A stretch of 64,000 bases of DNA, from the NCBI RefSeq assembly GCF_054482595.1, contig NZ_CM137008.1, one strand, 5' to 3'. Below the pieces are notes generated by a model. It searched no databases. It was not told the DNA's origin and saw nothing but the letters and a program-made list of their open reading frames with translations. Shown piece after piece: positions 44,020 through 55,672 of the stretch (the first letter of the stretch is position 1; every line of letters begins with the position of its first letter). The translations under genes and the position numbers were made by a program.

Positions 44020-44133
44020 TAGTGAACTATTATATCTATTTGTATTAAAAGAGTTTTTATAAAATAAATCTTCCAAAGCATGTAAAAACACTGTTAATCT
44101 TAACGTGTGTGAAACGTGAAGAGAGGTGTTGAA

Positions 44134-44415
44134 ATGAGCATTCATGATTTGTGTGAAGATCAAGAGCAATGGGCTATGCAGACCCTTATGGGATCAGGAG
44201 TTCTTGCAAGGTGCAGAATCCATAACGATGTAATTTTAGACAGCGGAAATGATGCTTCTTCTGCTTATAAATTAGGAACTTACCTATATCAAAAAGATAA
44301 TAGCTGCAACTTATTCAATACTCTTACTGAAGCCCGCGACGCAATAAAGGATGCATATGAATCGTATTGTGGGATCGATGATTGCCCACAATGCTCAAAA
44401 TACATTGACGATTAA
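44134..44415 (+). CDS. ea8.5: Ea8.5-like protein (93 aa; Cys-containing)
   Basis: Length matches lambda Ea8.5; C-terminal CPQC...IDD motif; start placed at MSIHDL. Confidence 0.6.
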   Translation: MSIHDLCEDQEQWAMQTLMGSGVLARCRIHNDVILDSGNDASSAYKLGTYLYQKDNSCNLFNTLTEARDAIKDAYESYCGIDDCPQCSKYIDD

Positions 44416-44503
44416 TAATATGAACAAGTAACTATCCTCGCACTCGCGGGGATTTCTTTTATCTGAACTCGCTACGGCGAGTTTTGTTTTATGGAGATGA
44501 TAA

Positions 44504-44671
44504 ATGCACTTCCGAGTTACAGGTGAATGGAATGGAGAACCATTCAACAGAGTTATCGAAGCCGAGAACATCAGCGACTGCTATGACCACTGGATGCTGT
44601 GGGCGCAGATAGCACATGCAGACGTAACCAATATTCGAATTGAAGAACTGAAAGAACACCAAGCCGCCTGA
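44504..44671 (+). CDS. Small ORF (55 aa) upstream of xis, followed by hairpin/T-run
   Basis: Manual translation MHFRVTGEWNGEPFNRVIEAENISDCYDHWMLWAQIAHADVTNIRIEELKEHQAA; below track threshold. Confidence 0.45.
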   Translation: MHFRVTGEWNGEPFNRVIEAENISDCYDHWMLWAQIAHADVTNIRIEELKEHQAA

Positions 44672-44710
44672 TGGCGGTTTTTTCTTGCGTGTAATTGCGG
44701 AGACTTTGCG

Positions 44711-44929
44711 ATGTACTTGACACTTCAGGAGTGGAACGCACGCCAGCGACGCCCAAGAAGCCTTGAAACAGTTCGTCGATGGGTACGCGAGTGCAGGATA
44801 TTCCCTCCTCCGGTTAAGGATGGAAGAGAGTATCTGTTCCACGAATCAGCGGTAAAGGTTGACTTAAATCGACCAGTAACAGGTAGCCTTTTGAAGAGGA
44901 TCAGAAATGGGAAGAAGGCGAAGTCATGA
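44711..44929 (+). CDS. xis: Excisionase Xis
   Basis: 72-aa ORF MYLTLQEWNARQRRPRSLETVRRWVRECRIFPPPV matches lambda Xis; 23-nt overlap with int. Confidence 0.95.
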   Translation: MYLTLQEWNARQRRPRSLETVRRWVRECRIFPPPVKDGREYLFHESAVKVDLNRPVTGSLLKRIRNGKKAKS

Positions 44930-45980
44930 GCGCCGGGATTTACCCCCTAACCTTTATATAAGAAACAATGGATATTACTGCTACAGGGACCCAAGGACGG
45001 GTAAAGAGTTTGGATTAGGCCGAGACAGGAGGATAGCAATCACTGAAGCAATACAGGCCAATATTGAGTTACTCTCAGACAGCGGACGCAAATCACTGAT
45101 AGACAGAATTAAAGGCGGTGACGCAATCACTCTTCATGTGTGGCTTGACCGATATGAAACAATCCTCACCGAAAGGGGGATCAGGCCGAAAACTCTACTC
45201 GACTACGCCAGCAAAATCAGGGCAATCCGAAGAAAATTGCCGGACAAACCGCTCACTGACATATCAACGAAAGAAGTGGCAGCAATGCTAAACACCTACG
45301 TAGCAGAAGGTAAAGCAGCTTCCGCAAAATTAATCAGGTCAACCCTTGTTGACGTTTTTCGTGAAGCAATAGCCGAGGGGCATGTGGCAACGAATCCGGT
45401 AACAGCAACCCGTACAGCAAAGTCAGAAGTAAGGCGCTCAAGGCTGACAGCTAATGAGTATGTCGAGATTTACCATGCAGCCGAACCTCTCCCTATCTGG
45501 CTAAGGCTGGCGATGGATTTGGCCGTCGTTACAGGGCAGAGAGTCGGCGATTTGTGCAGAATGAAATGGTCAGACATAAACGACAACCATCTTCACATTA
45601 AACAGAGTAAAACAGGGGCTAAACTCGCCATTCCGCTAACGCTAACGATTGACGCGCTCAATATCTCATTGGCTGATACACTACAGAAATGCAGGGAGGC
45701 CAGCAGCAGTGAAACTATAATCGCATCAAAGCATCACGATCCGCTTTCCCCGAAAACAGTATCAAAGTATTTTACAAAGGCGAGAAATGCATCTGGCCTC
45801 TCATTTGATGGAAACCCGCCAACATTCCATGAACTGCGTAGCCTGTCAGCGAGGCTATACCGGAACCAGATTGGCGATAAGTTTGCTCAACGTCTTCTCG
45901 GGCATAAATCAGATTCAATGGCGGCGCGGTATAGGGACAGCCGTGGACGGGAATGGGACAAAATTGAAATCGACAAATGA
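44907..45980 (+). CDS. int: Tyrosine integrase Int (lambda-type; N-terminal arm-binding domain lambda-identical, core-binding region divergent)
   Basis: 357-aa ORF; N-terminal ~55 aa identical to remembered lambda Int, divergence after residue ~56, conserved catalytic C-terminus (HELRSL ... LLGH ... Y). Confidence 0.95.
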   Translation: MGRRRSHERRDLPPNLYIRNNGYYCYRDPRTGKEFGLGRDRRIAITEAIQANIELLSDSGRKSLIDRIKGGDAITLHVWLDRYETILTERGIRPKTLLDYASKIRAIRRKLPDKPLTDISTKEVAAMLNTYVAEGKAASAKLIRSTLVDVFREAIAEGHVATNPVTATRTAKSEVRRSRLTANEYVEIYHAAEPLPIWLRLAMDLAVVTGQRVGDLCRMKWSDINDNHLHIKQSKTGAKLAIPLTLTIDALNISLADTLQKCREASSSETIIASKHHDPLSPKTVSKYFTKARNASGLSFDGNPPTFHELRSLSARLYRNQIGDKFAQRLLGHKSDSMAARYRDSRGREWDKIEIDK

Positions 45981-46074
45981 TTTTATTTTGACTAATAATG
46001 ACCTACTTACATTAATTTACTGATAATTAAAGAGATTTTAAATATACAACTTATTCACCTTAAGTGCACCGACC
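45981..46074. other. Int-proximal prophage/chromosome junction (attL-type site) and torS upstream region
   Basis: 94-bp AT-rich segment between int stop and torS start; core sequence cannot be defined without the other junction. Confidence 0.5.
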
Positions 46075-48819
46075 GTGAATTTAACCCTGACCCGAAGACT
46101 CTGGATGGGCTTTGCCCTGATGGCACTGTTAACCCTGACCAGTACCCTGGTGGGATGGTACAACCTGCGCTTTATCAGCCAGGTGGAAAAAGACAATACT
46201 CAGGCATTGATTCCTACCATGAATATGGCGCGCCAGTTGAGCGAAGCCAGCGCCTGGGAACTTTTCGCCGCGCAGAACCTGACCAGTGCCGATAACGAAA
46301 AGATGTGGCAGGCGCAGGGGCGAATGCTCACCGCACAAAGCCTGAAGATTAATGCGTTGCTGCAAGCGTTACGGGAACAAGGTTTTGATACCACCGCTAT
46401 TGAACAACAGGAGCAGGAGATCTCCCGTTCGTTACGTCAGCAAGGGGAACTGGTGGGGCAGCGTTTGCAACTGCGCCAGCAACAACAGCGACTCAGTCAG
46501 CAGATAGTCGCTGCCGCCGATGAGATCGCACGCCTGGCGCAAGGTCAGGCGAATAATGCGACAACTTCCGCTGGAGCGACCCAGGCCGGGATTTACGATT
46601 TGATCGAACAAGATCAGCGTCAGGCTGCTGAAAGTGCACTCGACCGGCTGATTGATATCGATCTTGAGTATGTTAACCAGATGAATGAACTGCGCCTTAG
46701 CGCCCTGCGGGTGCAGCAAATGGTGATGAATCTGGGGCTGGAACAGATCCAGAAAAATGCGCCAACGCTGGAAAGGCAGCTCAATAATGCGGTGAAAATT
46801 CTGCAACGTCGGCAAATACGCATTGAAGATCCGGGAGTTCGTGCGCAGGTCGCAACAACGTTAACTACCGTTAGCCAATATAGCGATCTGTTGGCGCTGT
46901 TCCAGCAGGACAGTGAAATCAGCAATCACCTGCAAACTCTCGCCCAAAATAATATCGCCCAGTTCGCGCAGTTTAGTAGCGAAGTCAGTCAGCTGGTCGA
47001 CACCATTGAGCTGCGCAATCAGCATGGACTGGCGCATCTGGAAAAAGCCAGTGCACGCGGGCAATACAGCCTGTTATTGCTGGGGATGGTTTCACTTTGC
47101 GCACTGATTCTGATCCTCTGGCGCGTGGTTTATCGCTCAGTCACGCGTCCACTTGCCGAACAAACGCAGGCGCTGCAACGGCTGCTGGACGGTGATATTG
47201 ACTCCCCTTTTCCGGAAACCGCTGGCGTACGGGAGCTGGATACCATCGGGCGGCTGATGGATGCGTTTCGCAGCAGTGTTCATGCACTGAATCGCCACCG
47301 CGAACAGCTGGCGGCGCAGGTCAAAGCACGTACAGCTGAATTGCAGGAACTGGTGATAGAACACCGACAGGCACGGGCGGAAGCAGAAAAAGCCAGCCAG
47401 GCAAAATCGGCGTTTCTGGCGGCGATGAGCCATGAGATCCGCACACCGCTGTACGGTATTCTCGGCACCGCACAGCTACTGGCAGATAACCCCACACTTA
47501 ACGCCCAGCGTGATGATTTGCGGGCAATTACTGACTCTGGTGAATCGTTGCTGACCATCCTCAACGATATTCTCGATTATTCGGCTATCGAAGCAGGTGG
47601 CAAGAATGTTTCGGTCAGCGATGAGCCCTTTGAACCGCGCCCGCTGCTGGAAAGTACCCTGCAATTAATGAGCGGACGGGTGAAAGGTCGCCCGATTCGC
47701 CTGGCAACGGCAATTGCCGATGATGTACCGAGCGCGTTAATGGGCGATCCGCGGCGTATTCGTCAGGTCATTACCAACCTGTTGAGCAACGCCCTGCGTT
47801 TTACTGACGAAGGGCAGATCGTTTTACGTAGCCGTACTGATGGTGAGCAATGGCTGGTCGAAGTGGAAGACAGCGGCTGCGGTATTGATCCCGCGAAACT
47901 GGCAGAAATCTTCCAGCCATTTATTCAGGTAAGTGGCAAACGCGGCGGCACCGGGCTGGGGCTGACTATCAGTAGCCGTCTGGCCCAGGCGATGGGCGGC
48001 GAACTGAGCGCCACCAGCACGCTGGAGGTTGGAAGCTGTTTTTGTTTACGCTTGCCGTTACGTGTTGCCACAGCACCCGCGCCAAAAACAGCCAATCAGG
48101 CGGTGCGTCTGGACGGTTTACGTTTGCTGTTAATTGAAGATAACCCGCTAACCCAGCGAATTACCGTTGAGATGCTGAACACCAGTGGTGCGCAGGTTGT
48201 TGCTATTGGCAATGCCGCGCAGGCTTTAGAGACACTGCAAAATAGCGAACCGTTTGCTGCCGCACTGGTGGATTTTGATCTGCCGGATATCGACGGCATT
48301 ACCCTTGCCCGGCAACTGGCACAGCAATATCCGTCGCTGGTTTTGATTGGCTTTAGCGCTCATGTCATTGACGAAACGCTGCGCCAGCGTACCAGTTCAC
48401 TATTTCGCGGGATTATCCCTAAACCGGTGCCGCGTGAAGTGCTCGGTCAGTTACTGGCGCACTATCTCCACCTGCAAGTCAATAACGATCTACCACTTGA
48501 TGTATCGCAACTCAATGAAGATGCTCAATTAATGGGGACGGAGAAGATCCACGAATGGCTGGCATTATTTAAACAACATGCCCTGCCGCTTCTCGATGAA
48601 ATCGACATTGCCCGCGCCAGCCAGGACAGCGAGAAAATAAAGCGTGCCGCGCATCAGCTAAAAAGCAGTTGCTCGAGTCTGGGAATGCGTAGCGCCAGTC
48701 AGCTATGCGCACAACTGGAGCAGCAGCCATTATCTGCCCCCCTTCCACACGAAGAAATTACACGCAGTGTTGCCGCTCTGGAAGCATGGTTGAATAAGAA
48801 AGACCTGAACGCGATTTGA
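46075..48819 (+). CDS. torS: TMAO sensor histidine kinase TorS
   Basis: 914-aa [24 protein letters not shown]; HisKA/HATPase/receiver/HPt architecture. Confidence 0.95.
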   Translation: MNLTLTRRLWMGFALMALLTLTSTLVGWYNLRFISQVEKDNTQALIPTMNMARQLSEASAWELFAAQNLTSADNEKMWQAQGRMLTAQSLKINALLQALREQGFDTTAIEQQEQEISRSLRQQGELVGQRLQLRQQQQRLSQQIVAAADEIARLAQGQANNATTSAGATQAGIYDLIEQDQRQAAESALDRLIDIDLEYVNQMNELRLSALRVQQMVMNLGLEQIQKNAPTLERQLNNAVKILQRRQIRIEDPGVRAQVATTLTTVSQYSDLLALFQQDSEISNHLQTLAQNNIAQFAQFSSEVSQLVDTIELRNQHGLAHLEKASARGQYSLLLLGMVSLCALILILWRVVYRSVTRPLAEQTQALQRLLDGDIDSPFPETAGVRELDTIGRLMDAFRSSVHALNRHREQLAAQVKARTAELQELVIEHRQARAEAEKASQAKSAFLAAMSHEIRTPLYGILGTAQLLADNPTLNAQRDDLRAITDSGESLLTILNDILDYSAIEAGGKNVSVSDEPFEPRPLLESTLQLMSGRVKGRPIRLATAIADDVPSALMGDPRRIRQVITNLLSNALRFTDEGQIVLRSRTDGEQWLVEVEDSGCGIDPAKLAEIFQPFIQVSGKRGGTGLGLTISSRLAQAMGGELSATSTLEVGSCFCLRLPLRVATAPAPKTANQAVRLDGLRLLLIEDNPLTQRITVEMLNTSGAQVVAIGNAAQALETLQNSEPFAAALVDFDLPDIDGITLARQLAQQYPSLVLIGFSAHVIDETLRQRTSSLFRGIIPKPVPREVLGQLLAHYLHLQVNNDLPLDVSQLNEDAQLMGTEKIHEWLALFKQHALPLLDEIDIARASQDSEKIKRAAHQLKSSCSSLGMRSASQLCAQLEQQPLSAPLPHEEITRSVAALEAWLNKKDLNAI

Positions 48820-48890
48820 ATCAATATCAGCCAGTTAAGAATAACTAGAATAGTGGCATTTGGTATGCAACTTAACGGACTGGCAAAATC

Positions 48891-49964
48891 ATGGCAGAGA
48901 AAAAAAGAACCCGCTGGCAGCGGCGGCCAGGCACGACGGGCGGCAAATTACCGTGGAATGACTGGCGCAATGCCACGACCTGGCGTAAAGCGACGCAATT
49001 CTTACTATTGGCAATGAATATTTATATTGCCATCACGTTCTGGTATTGGGTGCGCTATTACGAAACGGCAGGTAGTACGACATTTCTCGCCAGACCGGGA
49101 GGTATCGAAGGCTGGCTACCGATTGCCGGTCTGATGAATCTGAAATATAGCCTTGCAACAGGTCAGTTACCGTCCGTCCACGCCGCCGCGATGCTGTTAT
49201 TGGTCGCTTTTATCGTCATCAGTCTATTACTCAAAAAGGCCTTTTGCTCATGGTTATGCCCGGTTGGTACGCTTTCTGAATTAATCGGCGATCTCGGTAA
49301 CAAACTGTTTGGTCGGCAATGTGTCCTTCCCCGCTGGCTGGATATTCCTCTGCGCGGCGTGAAGTATTTGCTGTTGAGTTTTTTTCTCTATATCGCGTTA
49401 TTGATGCCCGCTCAGGCGATTCACTATTTTATGTTGTCGCCCTACAGCGTGGTGATGGACGTAAAAATGCTCGATTTCTTTCGTCATATGGGGACCGCGA
49501 CATTAATCAGCGTGAACGTTTTGCTGATTACCAGCCTGTTTATTCGCCATGCCTGGTGTCGTTATCTTTGCCCATATGGCGCGCTGATGGGCGTGGTTTC
49601 GCTATTATCGCCGTTTAAGATTCGTCGCAATGCCGAAAGTTGTATCGATTGTGGCAAATGCGCAAAAAATTGCCCATCACGGATCCCGGTCGATAAATTA
49701 ATTCAGGTACGAACAGTGGAATGTACCGGCTGTATGACTTGCGTAGAGTCATGTCCGGTAGCCTCAACATTGACCTTTTCACTGCAAAAACCTGCGGCAA
49801 ATAAAAAAGCCTTTGCGTTGTCTGGCTGGTTAATGACGCTACTGGTTCTGGGGATTATGTTTACGGTGATTGGTTACGCAATGTATGCAGGAGTATGGCA
49901 AAGCCCGGTGCCGGAGGAATTGTACCGACGCTTAATTCCGCAAGCGCCAATGATTGGTCACTAA
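48891..49964 (+). CDS. yccM: 4Fe-4S membrane protein YccM
   Basis: 357-aa ORF with multiple Cys clusters (CxxCxxCxxxCP) and TM segments; K-12 gene order. Confidence 0.85.
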   Translation: MAEKKRTRWQRRPGTTGGKLPWNDWRNATTWRKATQFLLLAMNIYIAITFWYWVRYYETAGSTTFLARPGGIEGWLPIAGLMNLKYSLATGQLPSVHAAAMLLLVAFIVISLLLKKAFCSWLCPVGTLSELIGDLGNKLFGRQCVLPRWLDIPLRGVKYLLLSFFLYIALLMPAQAIHYFMLSPYSVVMDVKMLDFFRHMGTATLISVNVLLITSLFIRHAWCRYLCPYGALMGVVSLLSPFKIRRNAESCIDCGKCAKNCPSRIPVDKLIQVRTVECTGCMTCVESCPVASTLTFSLQKPAANKKAFALSGWLMTLLVLGIMFTVIGYAMYAGVWQSPVPEELYRRLIPQAPMIGH

Positions 49965-50013
49965 ATTAGCAACAAGCGGAACATCACCTCGCACGGGGTG
50001 ATGTTCACAAAAT

Positions 50014-50187
50014 CACATTATTTTGATTTTGACATCATAACTTTCAAGCCCGGTCATTTTTTCTCGCGCGGTGAAGCGAATTTCAGAGACTTCTTTCCCT
50101 GTATTCTTGTTCAGCTCGGCGATTTTTTGCGCGATAAAGTCGGCGATTTCCGTTTCGGCTTGTTTTTTTAACTCTTCAATATTCACT
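50014..50187 (-). CDS. gnsA: GnsA (57 aa; GTG start; ends approximate)
   Basis: Manual translation VNIEELKKQAETEIADFIAQKIAELNKNTGKEVSEIRFTAREKMTGLESYDVKIKIM. Confidence 0.75.
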
Positions 50188-50406
50188 GTTAACCTCTTCT
50201 GGTCTTAAAAGACAGCAACACGCCAGTAAGGTGTTGGTTCCCGGTACCCTGGTCAGGTAAGAAATGTTATAAGCCATCTCCCCGAAAGATTCAATAATCA
50301 ACAGGTTATCGCTTACTATACATACAGCGTTGAAGAAAAATAAGGCAGATATAAAAAAGGCTCCACGAGGGAGCCTGATATTATTTTGTGAAATCCAGCG
50401 GCGCAT
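50176..50406 (-). CDS. ymcE: YmcE (76 aa small membrane protein)
   Basis: [28 protein letters not shown] within an 87-aa track ORF; K-12 order between gnsA and cspG. Confidence 0.7.
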   Translation of the reverse strand: MRRWISQNNIRLPRGAFFISALFFFNAVCIVSDNLLIIESFGEMAYNISYLTRVPGTNTLLACCCLLRPEEVNSEY

Positions 50407-50641
50407 GGTCAGTGCGTATTTGCAGCGCGACGTTATCAAAGGTGATCATCGTCGATTTACAAAAAATACACTTAGCGCCCAAAGGGTTTCGCTCCGTCAC
50501 ATCGAATGCCGATGTGCGGTACTGTGAACCATGACAACATGGACAGCGGAAATGGAGATGTTGAGTAATAACGGCAACCTTAGAGCGTAACAACGTTCGC
50601 TGCCGCGGGGCCACGTTGCCCCTGCTCAATAGAAAATTCAA
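50381..50641 (-). CDS. Small Cys-rich ORF overlapping cspG 3' end (possibly ymcF-like; may be spurious)
   Basis: 86-aa ORF with CPCCH ... CIFC; overlaps cspG by about 60 nt in another frame. Confidence 0.25.
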   Translation of the reverse strand: MNFLLSRGNVAPRQRTLLRSKVAVITQHLHFRCPCCHGSQYRTSAFDVTERNPLGAKCIFCKSTMITFDNVALQIRTDHAPLDFTK

Positions 50642-50792
50642 CTTTCTGATTTTCGTTCAGCGTGCGGAATTCATTGCTCTGGATGGCGGTGAAATGGACG
50701 AAAACGTCTTTGCTGCCATCATCAGGAGTGATAAAGCCAAAACCTTTATCTGCGTTAAACCATTTTACTAAACCAGTCATTTTATTAGACAT
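50580..50792 (-). CDS. cspG: Cold shock protein CspG
   Basis: 70-aa [26 protein letters not shown]; S1-like cold shock domain. Confidence 0.95.
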   Translation of the reverse strand: MSNKMTGLVKWFNADKGFGFITPDDGSKDVFVHFTAIQSNEFRTLNENQKVEFSIEQGQRGPAAANVVTL

Positions 50793-51077
50793 ATTTTACT
50801 TCCTTCATTTTGGGCCTTTCGGCAAACAGGGCTTTAATACAGAAACTACTTAGTGTTCAGGAGAGAGACTCAAAAGAAGGGGATAATGCCTGATAATGAG
50901 AACTGCTTTAGTAAACTACTTTGTATGCTGTCTGTCTTTCCAACCGACGCAGCTATTAACGCATGATAATTGAGATTAAGCAAATTTTATTTTAGCCGTC
51001 CGGCGGTCTTAAATATCGCTGGCTTTATTTTATTAACCCCGTATAGTGCAGCGCAGTATTTTCAGTAAGGAATTTGT

Positions 51078-51290
51078 TTGTCCCGTAAAATGACAGGAAT
51101 TGTCAAAACCTTTGATCGCAAAAGCGGCAAAGGATTCATTATCCCCTCCGACGGTCGTAAAGAAGTTCAGGTCCATATTTCCGCATTCACTCCCCGCGAC
51201 GCAGAAGTGCTTATACCAGGATTACGCGTGGAATTTTGCCGCGTAAATGGCCTGCGAGGACCAACAGCGGCAAATGTTTATCTCTCTTAA
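51078..51290 (+). CDS. cspH: Cold shock-like protein CspH
   Basis: 70-aa [26 protein letters not shown]. Confidence 0.9.
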
Positions 51291-51731
51291 TATGACGCTG
51301 CTTGTTTAAAGCTGACTGGTTTTATTGGCATAGTTCAATAGTCAACACCATGTATTATAACACAAGTTACTTTTTCACCGGAAAACTAATCCATTTGACC
51401 GAATATCTCTACAACTAATAGTTATAAATGCCACTTAACAGCGAGTTATAGTACCACTTGAAACTATATTGCCAACAATAGTTAATAGCTTTCTTAACAA
51501 TTTTCTTATCTTTAATTTGTATTTTGCTAAGATTTATCTTATGCTCACAAGTCGTATTTCCAGAGGGGAATAGTTAACAATCTTATATTTCCCTCTGCGC
51601 GCCTTTCTCACCCGCTGTATATAGTGCAAGTGGTATGAGGAAAGGGAGATTTCACAAGGATGTTATACTCAAAGTAGACAATCCTGATCTCAAGCGTACG
51701 TATTGTCCATGCGATGAATAAAGGAAAAGTT

Positions 51732-52037
51732 ATGAAACACAAGCTTTCTGCAATCCTTATGGCCTTCATGTTGACGACGCCAGCTGCGTTTGCTGCCCCT
51801 GAAGCAGCAAACGGGACCGAGGCAACGACGGGTACTACTGGCACCACAACGACCACTACCGGTGCAACCACGACGGCTGCTACCACTGGTGGCGTGGCTG
51901 CTGGCGCTGTCGGCACGGCGACAGTTGTCGGTGTGGCAACGGCTGTTGGTGTGGCGACGTTGGCAGTAGTTGCAGCAAATGACAGTGGCGATGGCGGTTC
52001 TCATAACACCTCAACCACCACGTCCACTACGCGCTAA
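51732..52037 (+). CDS. gfcA: Thr-rich small membrane protein GfcA (YmcD)
   Basis: MKHKLSAILMAF signal/anchor then TTGTTGTTTTTTGATTTAATTGG threonine-rich tract. Confidence 0.85.
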   Translation: MKHKLSAILMAFMLTTPAAFAAPEAANGTEATTGTTGTTTTTTGATTTAATTGGVAAGAVGTATVVGVATAVGVATLAVVAANDSGDGGSHNTSTTTSTTR

Positions 52038-52143
52038 TTCTGCTTAAACGCGTCGAAATTAAAGTTAAATAATACCCGGTTGCGATATTCGTACCGGGCT
52101 TTAGAGATTTGCATTTTTTTAATTAACCTTTCAAGGATTAAAG

Positions 52144-52788
52144 GTGCGCCCTCTTATTTTATCGATTTTCGCACTATTTCTTGCGGGATGTACGCACAGC
52201 CAGCAAAGTATGGTCGATACATTTCGCGCCAGCCTTTTCGATAATCAGGATATCACCGTAGCGGATCAGCAGATCCAGGCGTTGCCTTATTCCACGATGT
52301 ATTTACGCCTTAATGAAGGGCAACGAATCTTTGTGGTACTGGGATATATAGAACAAGAACAAAGCAAATGGTTATCCCAGGATAACGCCATGCTGGTTAC
52401 CCACAATGGACGTCTTTTAAAGACCGTCAAACTTAATAATAATCTGCTGGAAGTGACAAATTCCGGGCAGGACCCTCTGCGTAACGCGCTGGCAATAAAA
52501 GACGGCAGCCGCTGGACGCGCGATATTCTCTGGAGTGAAGACAACCATTTTCGCTCTGCGACCCTGAGTTCCACTTTTTCCTTTGCTGGATTAGAGACGC
52601 TGCATATTGCGGGTCGCGATGTGCTGTGTAATGTCTGGCAGGAAGAGGTGACTTCCACGCTGCCAGAAAAACAGTGGCAAAACACATTCTGGGTCGATTC
52701 GGCTACTGGCCAGGTTCGTCAAAGTCGGCAAATGTTAGGCGCAGGGGTTATTCCCGTAGAAATGACGTTTCTTAAACCCGCACCATGA
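52144..52788 (+). CDS. gfcB: Lipoprotein GfcB (YmcC)
   Basis: 214-aa ORF with lipobox LAGC; K-12 order. Confidence 0.9.
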   Translation: MRPLILSIFALFLAGCTHSQQSMVDTFRASLFDNQDITVADQQIQALPYSTMYLRLNEGQRIFVVLGYIEQEQSKWLSQDNAMLVTHNGRLLKTVKLNNNLLEVTNSGQDPLRNALAIKDGSRWTRDILWSEDNHFRSATLSSTFSFAGLETLHIAGRDVLCNVWQEEVTSTLPEKQWQNTFWVDSATGQVRQSRQMLGAGVIPVEMTFLKPAP

Positions 52789-53531
52789 ATAAATTACAGT
52801 CGTATTTCATTGCCAGCGTACTTTACGTAATGACACCCCATGCCTTTGCGCAAGGAACGGTGACTATTTATCTGCCTGGCGAACAACAGACACTTTCCGT
52901 TGGCCCCGTGGAGAATGTTGCCCAGTTGGTGACACAACCGCAACTGCGCGATCGCCTCTGGTGGCCTGGTGCCCTGCTGACCGACTCCGCGGTGAAAGCT
53001 AAAGCGCTTAAAGACTACCAACATGTCATGGCACAGCTTGCTTCCTGGGAAGCAGAAGCTGACGACGATGTGGCGGCAACGATTAAATCCGTGCGCCAGC
53101 AGTTACTCAATCTCAATATTACTGGTCGCTTACCGGTCAAACTGGACCCTGATTTTGTACGAGTGGATGAGAACAGCAATCCCCCGCTGGTCGGGAACTA
53201 TACGCTCTATACCGTACAGCGCCCGGTGACTATTACTCTTCTGGGTGCGGTTTCTGGGGCTGGGCAATTGCCCTGGCAGGCAGGCCGTAGCGTTACCGAT
53301 TATCTGCAAGATCACCCCCGTCTTGCAGGCGCGGACAAGAATAACGTTATCGTGATTACGCCTGAGGGTGAGACTGTCGTCGCCCCTGTTGCCCTGTGGA
53401 ATAAAAGACATGTGGAACCACCGCCTGGCAGCCAGCTTTGGTTAGGCTTTTCTGCGCATGTACTGCCCGAAAAATATGCTGATTTAAATGACCAGATTGT
53501 GTCTGTTTTAACGCAACGTGTTCCTGACTGA
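52785..53531 (+). CDS. gfcC: GfcC (YmcB)
   Basis: 248-aa ORF with signal peptide; operon order. Confidence 0.9.
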   Translation: MNKLQSYFIASVLYVMTPHAFAQGTVTIYLPGEQQTLSVGPVENVAQLVTQPQLRDRLWWPGALLTDSAVKAKALKDYQHVMAQLASWEAEADDDVAATIKSVRQQLLNLNITGRLPVKLDPDFVRVDENSNPPLVGNYTLYTVQRPVTITLLGAVSGAGQLPWQAGRSVTDYLQDHPRLAGADKNNVIVITPEGETVVAPVALWNKRHVEPPPGSQLWLGFSAHVLPEKYADLNDQIVSVLTQRVPD

Positions 53532-55627
53532 TGAAGAAGAATTCTTATCTTTTAAGCTGCCTGGCCATTGCCGTCTCCAGTGCCTGTCATGCTGAAGTAT
53601 TAACCTACCCGGATCCGCTGGGTTCGTCGCAATCGGACTTTGGCGGCACAGGATTGTTGCAGATGCCAAATGCGCGCATCGCACCGGAAGGTGAATTCAG
53701 CGTCAACTACCGGGATAACGATCAATACCGTTTCTACTCCACCTCCGTGGCGCTGTTCCCATGGCTGGAAGGCACCATTCGTTATACGGATGTGCGCACA
53801 CGTAAATATAGCCAGTGGGAAGATTTCAGCGGCGATCAGTCATACAAAGACAAATCATTCGATTTTAAACTTCGCCTGTGGGAAGAAGGTTACTGGCTAC
53901 CGCAAGTGGCGTTTGGTAAACGTGATATTGCTGGTACGGGTCTGTTTGACGGTGAGTATCTGGTGGCCAGCAAGCAAGCGGGGCCATTTGATTTCACCCT
54001 CGGGATGGCATGGGGCTACGCCGGTAATGCAGGCAATATTACCAACCCGTTTTGCCGGGTGAGCGATAAATATTGTCATCGCGCAGAGTCTCACGATGCG
54101 GGCGATATCAGCTTTAGCGATATCTTTCGTGGCCCAGCCTCCATCTTTGGCGGCATTGAGTATCAAACGCCGTGGAATCCCCTGCGTCTGAAACTCGAAT
54201 ACGACGGCAACAATTACCAGAATGATTTCGCTGGCAAACTGCCTCAGGCAAGCCATTTCAACGTCGGTGCAGTTTATCGCGCTGCCAGCTGGGCAGACCT
54301 CAACCTGAGTTATGAACGCGGTAACACGTTGATGTTTGGTTTCACTTTACGGACCAATTTCAACGATCTGCGCCCTGCCCTGCGCGATACGCCAAAACCG
54401 GCATATCAACCTGCGCCTGAATCTGAAGGATTGCAGTACACCACGGTAGCAAACCAACTTACCGCCCTGAAGTATAACGCGGGCTTTGACGCGCCAGAAA
54501 TTCAGCTACGCGATAAGACGCTGTATATGTCTGGTCAGCAATACAAATACCGTGACTCTCGTGAAGCGGTCGATCGTGCCAACCGGATTCTGGTGAATAA
54601 CCTGCCGCAAGGCGTTGAGAAGATTAGCGTGACGCAAAAGCGCGAGCATATGGCGATGGTGACTACCGAAACCGACGTAGCCAGCCTGCGCAAACAGCTG
54701 GCAGGTACAGCGCCTGGTCAATCAGAGCCACTGCAACAACAACGTGTTGAAGCTGAAGATCTTTCTGCCTTTGGTCGGGGCTACCGTATTCGTGAAGATC
54801 GCTTTAGCTACTCTTTCAACCCAACACTTTCACAGTCGCTGGGCGGCCCGGAAGATTTCTATATGTTCCAGCTGGGGCTGATGTCCAGCGCCCGCTACTG
54901 GTTTACCGACCACCTGCTGCTTGATGGCGGTATTTTCACCAATATTTACAACAACTACGACAAGTTTAAGTCTTCACTGTTGCCCGCGGACTCTACCCTG
55001 CCCCGCGTGCGCACGCATATCCGTGATTACGTTCGCAATGACGTTTATCTCAACAACTTGCAGGCGAATTACTTTGCCGACTTAGGCAATGGTTTCTATG
55101 GCCAGGTGTATGGCGGTTATCTGGAAACGATGTACGCCGGTGTCGGTTCCGAGCTGCTTTATCGCCCGCTAGATGCCAGCTGGGCGCTGGGTGTGGACGT
55201 TAACTACGTGAAGCAGCGTGACTGGGACAACATGATGCGCTTCACCGATTATTCCACGCCAACTGGTTTCGTGACGGCTTACTGGAACCCGCCGACGCTC
55301 AATGGCGTACTGATGAAACTTAGCGTTGGGCAATATCTGGCAAAAGATAAAGGGGCAACGATCGACGTCGCCAAACGCTTTGACAGCGGCGTGGCGGTAG
55401 GGGTATGGGCGGCAATCAGTAACGTATCTAAAGATGACTACGGCGAAGGCGGCTTTAGTAAAGGTTTTTATATCTCGATTCCGTTCGACTTGATGACCAT
55501 TGGACCTAACCGCAACCGCGCGGTGGTTTCGTGGACACCATTGACGCGTGATGGTGGACAAATGCTGTCACGCAAATACCAGCTCTATCCAATGACGGCA
55601 GAGCGAGAAGTACCGGTTGGACAATAA
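53531..55627 (+). CDS. gfcD: Outer membrane lipoprotein GfcD (YmcA)
   Basis: 698-aa ORF; operon order. Confidence 0.9.
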   Translation: MKKNSYLLSCLAIAVSSACHAEVLTYPDPLGSSQSDFGGTGLLQMPNARIAPEGEFSVNYRDNDQYRFYSTSVALFPWLEGTIRYTDVRTRKYSQWEDFSGDQSYKDKSFDFKLRLWEEGYWLPQVAFGKRDIAGTGLFDGEYLVASKQAGPFDFTLGMAWGYAGNAGNITNPFCRVSDKYCHRAESHDAGDISFSDIFRGPASIFGGIEYQTPWNPLRLKLEYDGNNYQNDFAGKLPQASHFNVGAVYRAASWADLNLSYERGNTLMFGFTLRTNFNDLRPALRDTPKPAYQPAPESEGLQYTTVANQLTALKYNAGFDAPEIQLRDKTLYMSGQQYKYRDSREAVDRANRILVNNLPQGVEKISVTQKREHMAMVTTETDVASLRKQLAGTAPGQSEPLQQQRVEAEDLSAFGRGYRIREDRFSYSFNPTLSQSLGGPEDFYMFQLGLMSSARYWFTDHLLLDGGIFTNIYNNYDKFKSSLLPADSTLPRVRTHIRDYVRNDVYLNNLQANYFADLGNGFYGQVYGGYLETMYAGVGSELLYRPLDASWALGVDVNYVKQRDWDNMMRFTDYSTPTGFVTAYWNPPTLNGVLMKLSVGQYLAKDKGATIDVAKRFDSGVAVGVWAAISNVSKDDYGEGGFSKGFYISIPFDLMTIGPNRNRAVVSWTPLTRDGGQMLSRKYQLYPMTAEREVPVGQ

Positions 55628-55672
55628 CCTGACGTAATTCATAACATTACATTGACTGATAAATATAAACCA

